Sequence record: OM103162.1
Source of the DNA: Klebsiella phage KpnP_VR7901
DNA: 48,366 nucleotides
Strand: one strand, 5' to 3'
A program made the translations under genes and the position numbers. This document shows, piece by piece, positions 46,758 to 48,366 of the stretch; the stretch's first letter is position 1; every line of letters starts with the position of its first letter. Below the pieces are notes generated by a model. It saw only the letters and a program-made list of their open reading frames with translations, was not told the DNA's origin and searched no databases.

Positions 46758-48352
46758 TGGAAGATTGGTTGAGGGATGCGTATACAGCAATAGAACGTAT
46801 GCCTAAGCCTGTTCAGGAGATTAGGGAATTAGCAAAGGAGGACCTGTTTACATTTGCTAGACTGGTCCATCCCGGCTATATGTACGGGGATATTCATAAA
46901 GAGTTTTATCGCTGGATACAGGAATACAATCTCTATGGAATGGGAGAAGGGCTTTCCAGTAACAAGCTCATTATGCTTCCCCGTGCCCACCTGAAGAGTC
47001 ACATGGTTGCTACTTGGTGCGCATGGATGATTACTCGTCATCCTGAAATTACTATTTTCTATGTCTCTGCAACTGCAGAACTGGCATTAGTTCAGCTTAG
47101 CGCTATTAAGAACATTTTAGAAAGCTCGGTGTATCAGCGTTACTTCCCAGAATATATTCATCCGCAGGAAGGTAAGCGGGAGAAATGGACAGAGACTAAG
47201 ATACACATTGACCATCCACGTCGCCGTCAGGAAGGTGTACGTGATGCCACAATCGCCACAGCGGGTCTTACTACTAACACCACAGGATGGCACGCAGATG
47301 TAATCGTAGCGGATGACTTGGTGGTCCCTGAGAATGCGTATACGGAGAAAGGCCGTGAGGATGTAAGTAAGAAAGCCTCCCAGTTTACCTCTATCCGAAA
47401 TGCTGGCGGATTTACTCTAGCCTGCGGTACTCGCTACCACCCTAGCGATATCTACGACACTTGGCGTAAACAGACCTATGAGCTGTATGATGAAGACGGT
47501 GTAGTGTTAGACTACTCTCCTGTATGGGAGATTAAAGAATACGCTGTAGAGACCGACAATCGCTTTATATGGCCTCGTGTAGTACGTCCTGACGGTAAAG
47601 CCTTTGGGTTTGACTTACAGGTGTTGGCGCGTATCCGTGCGGAGTATGAGGATAAGGTTCAGTATTACGCACAGTATTACAACAACCCAAATGACCCAGG
47701 CTCTGCCCGTATTACTGACGATAAGTTCCAGTACTATGACCCTAAGCATCTATCCTATGATGGGCATTGGCACTACAAGGATAAGCGTCTTAATGTCTAT
47801 GCTGCTGTGGACTTTGCATATACCACAGGTAGACGTTCTGACTATACAGCCATTGTGGTGATTGGAATGGACGCTGATGGGGATGTGTATGTCTTAGATA
47901 TAGACCGTTTTAAGACAGATAGGGCCATAGACTATTACAAGCATATTCGTTCCCTGCATTCTCGTTGGAACTTCAAAAAGCTTAGAGCAGAAGTTACAGC
48001 TGCGCAGATAATCATTGTTAATGATTTAAAAGACTTCATCAAGAAAGATGGAATGTCTATTTCTATTGATGAGTTTCGCCCTAGTTCTAAAGAGGGCACT
48101 AAAGAGGAGCGTATTGCTGCGGCTCTTGAGTATCGTTATGAAAACTTACAGATGTGGCATTTCCAAGGGGGATATACTCCAGTGTTGGAAGAAGAGCTAA
48201 AACAAGCCCGCCCTGCTCATGATGACGTGAAGGATAGTTTAGCATCTGCCGTGTCAATAGCCGTAAAACCCTCTCAGAAGCGTTCTGGGGCGTTTTTTAC
48301 TAAATCTAATAGACTGCCTACCCATAGCCGCTTTGGTGGCGTTAGCAGGTGA
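46757..48352 (+). CDS. terminase large subunit
   Basis: 531 aa. ATPase region with VIVADDLVVPE (Walker B-like) and a C-terminal RNaseH-fold nuclease pattern (AAVDFAYT...DYTAIVVIGMDADGDVYVLD). Coupled to the portal by circular wrap. Confidence 0.8.
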   Translation: MEDWLRDAYTAIERMPKPVQEIRELAKEDLFTFARLVHPGYMYGDIHKEFYRWIQEYNLYGMGEGLSSNKLIMLPRAHLKSHMVATWCAWMITRHPEITIFYVSATAELALVQLSAIKNILESSVYQRYFPEYIHPQEGKREKWTETKIHIDHPRRRQEGVRDATIATAGLTTNTTGWHADVIVADDLVVPENAYTEKGREDVSKKASQFTSIRNAGGFTLACGTRYHPSDIYDTWRKQTYELYDEDGVVLDYSPVWEIKEYAVETDNRFIWPRVVRPDGKAFGFDLQVLARIRAEYEDKVQYYAQYYNNPNDPGSARITDDKFQYYDPKHLSYDGHWHYKDKRLNVYAAVDFAYTTGRRSDYTAIVVIGMDADGDVYVLDIDRFKTDRAIDYYKHIRSLHSRWNFKKLRAEVTAAQIIIVNDLKDFIKKDGMSISIDEFRPSSKEGTKEERIAAALEYRYENLQMWHFQGGYTPVLEEELKQARPAHDDVKDSLASAVSIAVKPSQKRSGAFFTKSNRLPTHSRFGGVSR

Positions 48353-48366
48353 TACAGGAGCTTTAA

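Noticed and set aside
1-48366. Searched for CRISPR arrays, integrase/repressor lysogeny module, tRNAs and a single-subunit RNAP
   Set aside because: None found. No long spaced direct repeats, no tyrosine/serine recombinase motifs and no ORF over 700 aa on the early strand.

Overview
The window reads as a complete, circularly permuted ~48.4-kb genome of a tailed podovirus-type phage. The last bases (AGGAGCTTTAA) supply the ribosome-binding site for the ATG at position 1. No single-subunit RNA polymerase is present; instead there is a small ECF-like sigma factor (26797..27276, minus strand).

Plus-strand late block (43960..48352 and 1..18228):
- tailspike, TerS, TerL, portal, scaffold, capsid, tail tubular A and B, internal virion/ejection proteins (one of 1603 aa);
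- a lysis cassette: pinholin-type holin, SAR endolysin, overlapped i-/o-spanins;
- a few small structural ORFs.

The late block ends at a GC hairpin with an A10 run (18227..18259). On the opposite strand this is a strong intrinsic terminator for the minus-strand early/middle block (42472 back to 18324).

Minus-strand early/middle block:
- replication genes: T7 gp4-like primase-helicase, family A DNA polymerase, FEN-type 5'-3' exonuclease, DnaQ-like 3'-5' exonuclease, SSB-like protein;
- at least six HNH-type and one GIY-YIG nuclease;
- an unusual enzyme cluster: ATP-grasp ligase, two GCS2/PafA-like carboxylate-amine ligases, an Ntn (class II) glutamine amidotransferase, a class I GATase/C26 hydrolase, plus an HslV-like Ntn peptidase elsewhere in the block.

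Interleaved with that cluster are at least 10 small proteins whose C-termini all read -LENK (Leu, Glu and Asn codons vary synonymously), and several share an N-terminal GDxV motif. This looks like a candidate peptide-tagging / C-terminal modification system and is the most interesting content of the window.

A ~1.5-kb divergent non-coding leader (42473..43959) carries three tandem sigma70-like promoters (cTTGACAAG-N16/17-TAGTAT) pointing at the early genes. It also carries copies of a 12-bp GATGATAGCATT box (6 copies genome-wide), and it is the likely site of the physical genome ends. A ~25-bp G-rich box plus AT tract occurs twice as a direct repeat (2057 and 39548).
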